From assembly GCA_031370005.1 (NCBI GenBank), contig JANMPT010000028.1, forward strand, positions 64,001-128,000: a stretch of 64,000 bases of DNA, given 5' to 3'. The notes under the pieces are model-generated. The model made no database searches. It had not been told where the DNA came from and worked only from the letters and a program-made list of their open reading frames with translations. Origin of the DNA: Bdellovibrionales bacterium. Its GTDB lineage: Bacteria > Bdellovibrionota > Bdellovibrionia > Bdellovibrionales > Bdellovibrionaceae. The position numbers were made by a program, and so were the translations under genes. This document shows, in pieces, positions 9,125 to 17,704 of the stretch (position 1 is the first letter of the stretch; every line of letters begins with the position of its first letter).

Positions 9125-12100
9125 CTATTTGCAAATATATAAATCGCCATTAGAATCCCTGGTGATTGAGCCCGTTAGTCCAGCACAACTTGTCACTCCA
9201 GAAGTAATTACTCCACTATTTCCGGCCAATTGAACAACTGCACTACTAATAACTGTTTTACCAGTACCCGCAGGTGTAAGTGTGACATCATTATTTACAC
9301 CACCGGCTGCAAAGGCCAATGCTCCAGTTCCAGTAATCGAGCCTGTGGCAGTTCCTGTCCCGCCATTAGCAACCGGTAAAATTCCAGTAAGTTGAGTGGC
9401 AGCATCAATAGAGATATTGGCGCAGCTCATGATGTCACCCACTGAGTTGTAAGTCAGAGTTTGATTTGCTCCACAAGAAGATGCAAACATGCTGGCTCCG
9501 GTGACATTTGATCGCAAATCAGTCATGGCAATAAAACCTGAGGCCCAAGCCGTTCCATTCCAACGAAGAGCTTGGCCCGTAGAAGTCCCGGCCGTAATTG
9601 ACACCACTGGAGTTGTTGTCCCAGTAGCTACAGAAATTGGAGCCGTACCACTCACACTTGTTACAGTTCCACTGTTGCCACTTGCCCAACTTAAGTTACC
9701 CGCGCCATCAGTTTGCAAAAACTGACTTGCAGAACCCGCAGTACTTGGAAGAGTCAAAGTCGTATTTGTCACTGTACTTGGATAACGAAGGGAGGCCACA
9801 CCAGCCCCTGCGCCACCAATATCGACTCCTTTAGTAACTGCCACTGAAGCGGCCGTTAATTGCAAAATCTTACTTGCAACCCCAGCTTGGGTTGAATCCA
9901 CTGCTATAGTTCCAGTACTAGTGATCGTGCCGCCAGTGAGACCAGCTCCCGCCACAATACTGGTGACAGTGCCATTGGTACTGCTCACCATATTGGTCCA
10001 AGCACCGTTTTCGTAAGCCTCAAATTTATTCGTATCAGAAGCATAACGTATCATTCCGTTAACACCCACAGTTGGGCGATTAGCAACCGTATCCCGAGGA
10101 ATGATCATGGAGCTCGCAGCAACACCCGTCCCAGTGATATCAAGACGAGTCCCTGTTGTTGGGGATGTTGTGCCGATGCCGACGTTACCGGCAAAATAAG
10201 AGGGCGCAGTCGAGTCAGAAGCATAGACTGACCATTTATTCGTGCCTTGGATAGTTCCAGTATAAACGCCATATGCATTGGTGATTGTGCCAATCGGTTG
10301 TGTTATTGATGATTTCAAACCGTATGCGTTGGTGACAGTGCCAACGCCTACGGTTTGAACCGAGCCATTTAATCCTACCGCAGTCGTGATGTTTCCCGAC
10401 GCCGCGTTAATAATAACTCCACTTAAGCCGTATGCGGTAGTAACCGTGGCAATTCCGCCATTCTGAGCAAGCCCTTGGGCCCCTACCATACTAGGGGTAG
10501 CTATACCACTAGTGTAATAATTGGTGAAGTTAGCCGTTACACCGGATGAACCATTATTGGCGGTGTCATAGACCACGAAAGGAGAATTTGGCGTCGTTAT
10601 CCCAATCCCGACATTACCCCCCATAAAAGTTGCAGCATACCCAGCCCCAGCTTGAGTCACAGCAAGCGCAGTAGAGGCACTGCTTGAGTTATTTACCAAA
10701 GGCCCTGTCATTGTATCCCCAGCCTTAGCAACATAACCAGTAGCAACTGAGGCACTAGTAACTAAATCAGAGTAGGCCCCGCCGTTTTGTGAAGCTTTAA
10801 AGGTGTTGGATGTGGAATCAAAATAAATTCTGCCTTGTGTAGCAGGGGATAGGGCGGGGGCCACCATTCCCCGTTGGGTGATAGCGCCATTGATATCTAG
10901 GATCGAAGCTGGGGCTGTCGTGCCGATACCGACGTTGCCGTTATTTTTAATCGTCATCACCGAATTACTCAGCGTCGGAGTACTTGAATCAAGGGCAGAG
11001 TTTTGTAAAAAGTGAAAATCGCCTGTATTCCACGTCCCTGAGGTTTGATAAACAAGAGCGCCTTTTCCGCGATTGGGCGCAGGGTTACCCCCACCATCAC
11101 CATCAACTGAAAATAATATTCCCGTTCCACCGTTTATTCCATAATTGTCTAATTTTAATGAATAAGTAACACCTGCCACGGATTCTGCAATATGAAGTTT
11201 TTGTTGCGGAGTCGTGGTCCCAATTCCGACATTTCCAGAACTAAGAATAGTCATTCTTTCGGTGTTATTTGTTATGAATCCCAGATCAAAGTTATCAATA
11301 TTACCGATAGTTGATTTTGCACCAAAGCTATTACCGTTTTTTGCCCAACCAGTTGTTGAAGTCAATCCCGCAACCCAGCTCATATTTCCGGAAGCATCTG
11401 ATTGCAGACTTTGACCAGCACTTGGGGCCGCTGCTGGCCACTTTAATCCATATGTAGAGCTTGCTGCTTGCGCTGATAAAGTAACTGTTCCTGTATTTGT
11501 GAGCGCTAGGCCAGCGGCCGTTGCAACACCAGTTCCGTCTAGAGACAATAATTTATTTGATTGCCCCGTGGTGGTTTTGTTGGCAGTCACGACACCCGCA
11601 TTGCTGATTGTTGCATCCCCTGACATACTCACGGCTGTGGCTACGTTTGAAGCGTTACCAAGCCACATAAGACCATTATTAAGACCTGGCAAAGATGCTG
11701 CTGGAGCTGCCCAGCTTAAGTTACCCGCGCCATCAGTTTGCAAGAACTGACTTGCAGAACCCGCAGTCGGCGGAAGAGTCAAAGTGGTATTCGTTGCCGT
11801 GTTTGGATAGCGGATAGAGGCGACACCTGTGCCCGCACCACCAATGTCCTCACCTTTTGTTACGGCCACTGAGCCCGCTGTTAATTGCAAAATCTTACTG
11901 GCCGCTGCAGCTTGAGTTTTATCCACAGTCACCACACCACCAGAACTCATTGTGGCATCGCCTGATAAGGCAAACTCTTGGGCCTTGCTGCCAACGTCAC
12001 CGATCCAGATTTTTGTTGGTGACAGCGTGGCTGTATTTGTAACTGCTCCCAATTTAGTATTAAAGCTATCGTAGTCTGTCTTACTAATAAGACCAGCAGT

Positions 12101-13702
12101 GACTGCTGCTGTGGAAGCCATCGGGATATTCAAAGTGTGAGTGCTAGGAGCAGTAGTAAAGGCCGGAGCCGTGCCACTTGTGCCAATTGCAAATGTTTGG
12201 GTACCAGAGGTCAAGCCATTGAGTGAGGTAATGCCTGCCCCTGCGACTCCGAGAGCTTTTACTGCAGTTCCATCGTAGTACTTAATAACATTTGAAGTGG
12301 AGTTATACCAAACCTGACCTGTGGCCGGAATCACTGGATCCGCAGCATTGCTTGAAAGACCAAAGGTCTTACTCGCCGCCATTGAAATATTACCAGTATT
12401 GCTAATATCAAAGCCACCCATATTGAGGGCTCCACCCATGGTGTCCCCAGCTTTATTCACTGGAGTATAACCAAGAGCTGTTGTGATATCACCAGAAGCC
12501 AAATTAGAGCCGGAGGTCACACGACCCTGAGCATCCGTTGTGACTTTGTAGTAGGTTCCGGCCGTGCCCGTGTTTTTTAAAGTCACAGCTCCAGAGTTGG
12601 CCATAGTTGCGTCACCTGACATCGCCACGGCGGTGGCGACGTTTGAGCCATTACCGACCCAGATGCTGCCAGAAGTTAATGAAGATCCAATTTTAGAATT
12701 AAATATATTCCAATCCGCAGAAGTTAAGTAACCATTTGTGGTGGTGTTTGCCGCCGGAATATTAATAATAGGAGCTGCTGCTGTACCAGTGACAGTAAGA
12801 GGTGCTGTTGCCGACACACTCGTTACAGAACCAGAACCTAAAGATTGCAAAACCCAAGATGTTCCGTTTGAAACCAAAGCCTGACCATTCGTCGGGGCTC
12901 CTCCTGGAAGAGCCTGGCCTAATATTGTTGTCACTTTATTATTACCACTTACAACAGTCACATCACCAGTTACCGGAAGATAGGCAGCACTCGGATTGTT
13001 CACGAGACGGAAGAATTCAGCTAGTTTTGTGGCATTCAAGTCACTATTAACAGGACTGACAATTGTTGGATCGATTCTCAACAAATGATTTTGATCATAG
13101 CCATTTACTTTACTGGAATCAAAAGCCTGAAGGGCCATGGGAACCGGAGTGACTCTTAATGGAGGAAGAGCTTGGTCAGCGCCAGTGGCTCCAATTCTGA
13201 AGTAAATACCAAGGACACGGCCCTCGTTAGGATCCGTGGATGTTCCTGGATTATAAGCGGTGCTCACACAATTTGGCGAAGGGTCTAACCCTGTAAAACT
13301 TTTATTGTTATTAAAAACATCAGCAAGACTTTTAGGACCGCCAGCTAGCGGATTGTTAAAAGACGGTGTTCCATAAAGTGTCGTTGAATCGTTAGAGCCG
13401 ATTTCAAAAGAAAAGGTCCCAGCTGAATTGGACAAGTCGACTTTGCGTTGCTCAGTATAAAGCCAACATTTTTGATCAGGATCATAAACAGTAATAGTAA
13501 AGATAACTTGACTAGAAACAACGGGTACATCATTTGAGTCCAGAATTCGACCAGTATATGTAATTCCTGAAGTTGGAGCCACCGCCAAGGACTGCTGAGT
13601 AAACAGTAGTAAGAATAAAATAACAGCCGTCTTGATGGAATTTGGTGAATTTGTAATTATTCGACGAAGATTTATACACGTACAGCTAATAAGTGTTTTC
13701 AT
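9125..13702 (-). CDS. Phage-tail-fibre-like trimeric adhesin (Bdellovibrio MAT-like); no recognisable C-terminal S74 chaperone or tip domain
   Basis: Signal peptide; N-domain 'GITYTGRILDS…CWLYTEQ'; repeated GNVGIGTTxP, SGDATM, VNKAGDTM and LQTDGAGNLSW modules; G/T/S/A-rich. Confidence 0.85.
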   Translation of the reverse strand: MKTLISCTCINLRRIITNSPNSIKTAVILFLLLFTQQSLAVAPTSGITYTGRILDSNDVPVVSSQVIFTITVYDPDQKCWLYTEQRKVDLSNSAGTFSFEIGSNDSTTLYGTPSFNNPLAGGPKSLADVFNNNKSFTGLDPSPNCVSTAYNPGTSTDPNEGRVLGIYFRIGATGADQALPPLRVTPVPMALQAFDSSKVNGYDQNHLLRIDPTIVSPVNSDLNATKLAEFFRLVNNPSAAYLPVTGDVTVVSGNNKVTTILGQALPGGAPTNGQALVSNGTSWVLQSLGSGSVTSVSATAPLTVTGTAAAPIINIPAANTTTNGYLTSADWNIFNSKIGSSLTSGSIWVGNGSNVATAVAMSGDATMANSGAVTLKNTGTAGTYYKVTTDAQGRVTSGSNLASGDITTALGYTPVNKAGDTMGGALNMGGFDISNTGNISMAASKTFGLSSNAADPVIPATGQVWYNSTSNVIKYYDGTAVKALGVAGAGITSLNGLTSGTQTFAIGTSGTAPAFTTAPSTHTLNIPMASTAAVTAGLISKTDYDSFNTKLGAVTNTATLSPTKIWIGDVGSKAQEFALSGDATMSSGGVVTVDKTQAAAASKILQLTAGSVAVTKGEDIGGAGTGVASIRYPNTATNTTLTLPPTAGSASQFLQTDGAGNLSWAAPAASLPGLNNGLMWLGNASNVATAVSMSGDATISNAGVVTANKTTTGQSNKLLSLDGTGVATAAGLALTNTGTVTLSAQAASSTYGLKWPAAAPSAGQSLQSDASGNMSWVAGLTSTTGWAKNGNSFGAKSTIGNIDNFDLGFITNNTERMTILSSGNVGIGTTTPQQKLHIAESVAGVTYSLKLDNYGINGGTGILFSVDGDGGGNPAPNRGKGALVYQTSGTWNTGDFHFLQNSALDSSTPTLSNSVMTIKNNGNVGIGTTAPASILDINGAITQRGMVAPALSPATQGRIYFDSTSNTFKASQNGGAYSDLVTSASVATGYVAKAGDTMTGPLVNNSSSASTALAVTQAGAGYAATFMGGNVGIGITTPNSPFVVYDTANNGSSGVTANFTNYYTSGIATPSMVGAQGLAQNGGIATVTTAYGLSGVIINAASGNITTAVGLNGSVQTVGVGTVTNAYGLKSSITQPIGTITNAYGVYTGTIQGTNKWSVYASDSTAPSYFAGNVGIGTTSPTTGTRLDITGTGVAASSMIIPRDTVANRPTVGVNGMIRYASDTNKFEAYENGAWTNMVSSTNGTVTSIVAGAGLTGGTITSTGTIAVDSTQAGVASKILQLTAASVAVTKGVDIGGAGAGVASLRYPSTVTNTTLTLPSTAGSASQFLQTDGAGNLSWASGNSGTVTSVSGTAPISVATGTTTPVVSITAGTSTGQALRWNGTAWASGFIAMTDLRSNVTGASMFASSCGANQTLTYNSVGDIMSCANISIDAATQLTGILPVANGGTGTATGSITGTGALAFAAGGVNNDVTLTPAGTGKTVISSAVVQLAGNSGVITSGVTSCAGLTGSITRDSNGDLYICK
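9684..9877 (-). repeat. Internal repeat of the fibre gene, copy A (copy B at 11709..11902)
   Basis: Ungapped ~194-bp match encoding ASKILQLTAxSVAVTKGxDIGGAG…QFLQTDGAGNLSWA. Confidence 0.9.
11709..11902 (-). repeat. Internal repeat of the fibre gene, copy B
   Basis: Matches 9684..9877 and the external fragment at 17694..17887. Confidence 0.9.
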
Positions 13703-13709
13703 ATGTTAA

Positions 13710-13737
13710 AGATCGGCAAAGATTAGACCTTTCTAAA
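13710..13737 (-). promoter_or_regulatory. Putative sigma-28 (FliA)-type promoter of the fibre operon
   Basis: Minus strand TTAG-N15-GCCGATCT, 7 nt upstream of the ATG. Confidence 0.5.
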
Positions 13738-14240
13738 GAGGGCTTTTATTTTTTTTCTGGGGACCAGCCTATATTCGATTTAAAAATGAAATTCTTATTT
13801 TGAGATTTCTCGCTTTGAGAAAATCCAGCTATGAAACACGCAACACCCAGGCACCGTCTCGGAGTTCAAAGGCTAAAATTTTCTCGCCTTCACAGCCAAA
13901 TAAAGCAACGTCCAAGACTTTCATGACTCAAGCCAATTTTTTAACAAGGAGTTCCCATGAGCATTCAAGGTACTATCAAAAATTTAGTGAAAGTGTTTTT
14001 AGGTTTCCGCAGAAGATGATCGCCGATCTTCGCGGTAGAGCACTCACAGGTGCCTCCACCAGTTGGCATTGCCCTTCGATCTTCAGCAAGAATGCTTGCA
14101 AGGAGTATAATCCCAAGAACTATAAGTGAGAATTTCATGCCGATTCCAATAGGCCATTTTTCTAAGCAGATTCAACGGGTTCCTGCTCGCCAAACCCATG
14201 TTATATTGAAAGATTGAGCTGAGTGTCTTGTTTAATATAA

Positions 14241-14268
14241 TTGACATTTATATTTATATGTAGATAAT
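14241..14268 (+). promoter_or_regulatory. Putative sigma-70 promoter (probably leaderless) for the abiEi-abiEii pair
   Basis: TTGACA-N16-GATAAT, then 7 nt to the ATG; no Shine-Dalgarno. Confidence 0.55.
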
Positions 14269-14275
14269 AGTAAAC

Positions 14276-14917
14276 ATGGCAGCAAAGCGACAACCCTATC
14301 TTTACAAGAAAAACAAGTTGGCTTTAGGCTTGAAAAAGGCACTCACGCTTATCGAGAAGGGAGGGGGCATTATTCGCACCTCCGAAGCCATGGATTTGGG
14401 CGTTCATGCCGTCAGTCTATATCGTCTTCGTGACCAAGGCTTGATTGAACAAATAAGTCGCGGAGTTTTTCGTCTCAGCTCCCTTCCTTCAATTGCGAAT
14501 CCTGACCTCATCACTGTGGCTAAAAGGATTCCAAAGGGAGTCGTTTGCTTGATTTCAGCACTGGCCTTCCACGGCCTGACGACTCAGATTCCCAGGCATG
14601 TCTTTGTCGCCCTCCCTCGTCAAACTATGAAGCCACGGCTACAATATCCGCCGATAAGAATATTCTGGTATTCGACCAAAGCGATAAAAAATGGAGTTGA
14701 AATTCATAGGCTCGACGGAGTCCCTGTATCAATTTTCAGTGCTGAAAAATCTGTCGCAGATGCATTTAAATACCGTAACAAAATTGGCTTTGACGTGGCG
14801 CTAGAGGCGCTCCGGATGTGGCGACGAAAAAAAGGTGACCTCGATGGGCTTCTTAAATTCGCAAAAATTTGCCGGGTTGAAAAGGTGATGAGACCCTACC
14901 TGGAGGCAATACTTTGA
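14276..14917 (+). CDS. abiEi: Type IV TA antitoxin, AbiEi family
   Basis: N-terminal wHTH 'IEQISRGVFRL'; 'VVCLISALAFHGLTTQIP' and 'EKSVADAFKYRNKIG' motifs. Confidence 0.88.
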   Translation: MAAKRQPYLYKKNKLALGLKKALTLIEKGGGIIRTSEAMDLGVHAVSLYRLRDQGLIEQISRGVFRLSSLPSIANPDLITVAKRIPKGVVCLISALAFHGLTTQIPRHVFVALPRQTMKPRLQYPPIRIFWYSTKAIKNGVEIHRLDGVPVSIFSAEKSVADAFKYRNKIGFDVALEALRMWRRKKGDLDGLLKFAKICRVEKVMRPYLEAIL

Positions 14918-15612
14918 AAAAGAATATTTCGGCCTCAGTGAGAGACCGCCTTGCTACGTTAGCAAAAAAGACTGACCGGCCATTCAATGAGGTACTTGTT
15001 TATTATGGAATCGAGAGATTTCTTTATCGACTCGGACGGTCTGAATTTGAAAAGAAATTTGTTTTGAAGGGTGCCCTCATGATCCAAGTTTGGTCGCAAG
15101 AAATGGCAAGAGCAACCCAGGATGTTGATTTTCTTGGACGTATGAAAAATGACCTTGATGGAATTGCCCGAGCTCTCAAGATTGTGTGTGAGACGCCGCC
15201 TGAAGTCGACGATGGTTTGCGCTTTTCATCTGAATCAATCAAGTTGGAGCGTATTCAGGAGCAAGAGGGATACGAAGGTGTACGTGCTTTCTTAGTTGCC
15301 CATCTTGGCCAAGCAAGAATTCCGATTCAGATTGATATCGGATTCGGCGATCCGGTTGTTCCGTCACCATCAAGAGTTGAATACCCGACGCTGCTTGATT
15401 TTCCTGCGCCAAAGATCACTGGCTATCCGCGCGAAAGCGCAATCGCAGAAAAAGTTCAAGCTATGATCCGATTTAAAATTCTGAATAGTCGGATGAAAGA
15501 TTTCTATGACATTTGGCTCTTGGCGCGAAGCTTTGACTTTGATGGCGATGTTCTTTTCACGGCAATCAAACTAGTATATCGACGTAAGCCCCACCATTTT
15601 GCGAAGCTTTAA
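14914..15612 (+). pseudogene. abiEii: AbiEii-family nucleotidyltransferase toxin, 3'-truncated by a fibre-gene fragment
   Basis: VLKGAL, RATQDVDF, IDIGFGD, AEK and SRMKDFYD motifs; after '…VLFTAIK' (~15570) the frame runs into antisense fibre DNA and stops at 232 aa. Confidence 0.75.
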
Positions 15613-15797
15613 AGGTGTTGGATGTGGAATCAAAATAAATTCGGCCTTGTGTCGCAGGGGAAAGGGCCGGTGCCGCCATTCCGCGTTGGGTGAAGGCGCC
15701 GTTGATATCTAGGATGGAACTGGGTGCTGTCGTCCCAATACCAACAGTGCCCGCAACATCCAACTTAGCGCCCGGACCTGTAGTTCCTATCCCGACG
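15572..15797 (-). pseudogene. Isolated fragment 1 of a fibre-adhesin gene
   Basis: Encodes VGIGTTGPGAKLDVAGTVGIGTTAPSSILDINGAFTQRGMAAPALSPATQGRIYFDSTSNTFKASQNGGAY; DNA closely matches ~10770..10933. Confidence 0.9.
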
Positions 15798-15798
15798 A

Positions 15799-15827
15799 TT
15801 GACAAAGCTCCGGAAATGCACGACAAT
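15799..15827 (+). promoter_or_regulatory. Putative sigma-70 promoter for the AAA/DUF4143 gene
   Basis: TTGACA-N17-GACAAT, 8 nt before the ATG at 15836. Confidence 0.5.
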
Positions 15828-15835
15828 TTCGGAGT

Positions 15836-16996
15836 ATGGTCAATAGAATTCAAAAATTAAGTAAAACCAATAACTTATTCCTGTTTGGCGCAAGGGGATG
15901 CGGTAAATCCACGCTGTTAAAGGAACTCTTCCCAAGGTCAAAGACGCTCTGGATTGATCTGCTCACTGCGCAGGATGAAGAGCGTTTTCGCCGGGATCCT
16001 GATCAATTGTCTTATTTAATTGAAAGCCAAAAACCCAAAAGAGTCATCCTGGATGAAGTTCAAAAAATTCCAAAGCTCCTCGACATTGTTCACCGTCAGA
16101 TCGAACTGAATCCTGATTTGCAGTTTGTATTAACAGGTTCAAGTGCTCGAAAGCTGAAGCGGGGTGCGGCCAATCTTCTTGCTGGGCGGGCGATCGAGTA
16201 TTTTCTCTTTCCGCTGACGACTTCAGAACTAGGTTCTCGGTTTCAGCTGAGTGAGGTTTTGCGTTTTGGAAGTCTGCCGAAGCTTCTTCACCTGGCTTCA
16301 GAAGAAGAGAAATCCGATTACCTGCGGACTTATGCACGGACCTATCTCAAAGAGGAAATTCTGCAAGAACAAATTATCAGAAACATCGATCCATTCCAAG
16401 ACTTCCTCGAGGTGGCCGCGCAAACGAACGGCAAAATTTTAAGTTATTCAAAAATTTCGCGAGATTTGGGGGTCGATGACAAGACTGTGAAAAACTACTT
16501 CTCTGTCTTGGCGGACACCTACGTCGGATTTTTCCTTCCTTCCTTTCATCGCTCGATCCGCAAACGCCAGCGGGAAGCTCCCAAATTTTATTTTTTTGAT
16601 TTGGGCGTCAAGCGCGCCTTGGAAAGGAATCTGTCTGTCGATTTGAATTCAAGTTCCTATGCTTTTGGTGAAGCCTTTGAAACCTGGGTCGTACAAGAAT
16701 GTTTTCGCTTGAACGAGTATTTTAAGAGGGATTTTCGATTGTCTTATCTCCGCACACAATCCGATGTCGAAATTGACTTGATTCTTGAAAGACCAGGTCA
16801 ACCTGATTTACTGGTCGAGATTAAGTCGACCGGCTTCCTCCGTGAGGAGGATGTGAAATCAATTTCCAAAATAGCCAACGCCTGGGATCGCCCATGCCAA
16901 AGCCAAGTCTGGTCACAAGATCCAAGTTCAAAAACAATTCTTGGCGTTGAGTGCTTGAGTTGGAGAATTGGACTTCGCGATGCCTTCGAGAAATAA
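15836..16996 (+). CDS. AAA_14 ATPase with DUF4143 and C-terminal PD-(D/E)xK-like domain
   Basis: GARGCGKST, ILDEVQK, LTGSSA, LLAGRA, PKFYFFDLG and EIDLILE…LVEIKS motifs. Confidence 0.88.
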   Translation: MVNRIQKLSKTNNLFLFGARGCGKSTLLKELFPRSKTLWIDLLTAQDEERFRRDPDQLSYLIESQKPKRVILDEVQKIPKLLDIVHRQIELNPDLQFVLTGSSARKLKRGAANLLAGRAIEYFLFPLTTSELGSRFQLSEVLRFGSLPKLLHLASEEEKSDYLRTYARTYLKEEILQEQIIRNIDPFQDFLEVAAQTNGKILSYSKISRDLGVDDKTVKNYFSVLADTYVGFFLPSFHRSIRKRQREAPKFYFFDLGVKRALERNLSVDLNSSSYAFGEAFETWVVQECFRLNEYFKRDFRLSYLRTQSDVEIDLILERPGQPDLLVEIKSTGFLREEDVKSISKIANAWDRPCQSQVWSQDPSSKTILGVECLSWRIGLRDAFEK

Positions 16997-17239
16997 GTAT
17001 CGACACGAGAATTTAGCGAACTCAGTTGTTTGCCATTGATAAAAAATATGTTATCTTTAGTTAAGAAGATGCCGATCATTATTTTCAAATATACAGTGCA
17101 TACTTTTTGGTTTTGAGAATGACAGAAGCCGTTGAGAACTTTATCCATCGTAAAAACACGTAGGCCAAAAAAGCCAGTGAATCTGCAATGTTGGATCGCA
17201 ATAAGGTGTGGTATATTGTTCTTAGAAAGTGAGGAATTT

Positions 17240-17440
17240 ATGAATGAAAAAAAGAAGTCTTTTAAAACTTTATCTGAGGACATAAAAGCTCGTCGGAACA
17301 GTCCCATTCCAAAAGAAAAAGTAGATGCATTCAACAAAATCATGGAAGAAGAGGACCGTCTTCGCCAGGAAGATGAAAAAAATAACTCTGACAAAGCTGG
17401 CAAGAAAAAAATCGCAAGCCAATCTGAGATTGGCGTTTAA
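17240..17440 (+). CDS. Small charged protein, putative antitoxin of the downstream PIN gene
   Basis: GAGGA SD and ATG at 17240; 66 aa, highly charged; 3 nt before the PIN ORF. Confidence 0.5.
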   Translation: MNEKKKSFKTLSEDIKARRNSPIPKEKVDAFNKIMEEEDRLRQEDEKNNSDKAGKKKIASQSEIGV

Positions 17441-17443
17441 AAC

Positions 17444-17704
17444 ATGGGTCGCGTAATCGCTTTTTCCGAATTTACCTCTTACATGAAGGAACTCTCAAAA
17501 GGGGCAAGCGAGTTTGTGCGCGGAACTATTCTTGATACAAATATTTTGATTTCACTCACCTATGAAATCAAATCTGACAATGATGCCGTCATTGAATTTG
17601 TTGATGCTCTTGAAGATCACGGAATTAAGCTATTTACGACAGTCAGCACAAGATCAGAATACCTCGATTTTAATCGCCGAATGACAAGGGGCCGCCCAAC
17701 TTAA
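17444..17704 (+). pseudogene. PIN-domain (VapC-like) protein, truncated by a fibre-gene fragment
   Basis: 'TILDTNILIS' and 'LFTTVSTRSEYL' PIN motifs; frame enters antisense fibre DNA at ~17688 and ends at 86 aa. Confidence 0.7.

Noticed and set aside
9125..13702. Prophage tail-fibre gene
   Set aside because: Has a signal peptide and a Bdellovibrio-type N-domain; no capsid, terminase, portal or integrase genes nearby
13800..14129. 109-aa plus-strand ORF from the track
   Set aside because: TTG start without SD, no recognisable motif, and it overlaps better-supported short ORFs
16798..17403. 201-aa minus-strand ORF and similar antisense ORFs over core genes (e.g. 1935..2450, 19642..20157, 26034..26552)
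   Set aside because: Shadow frames of well-supported genes on the opposite strand, with no motifs
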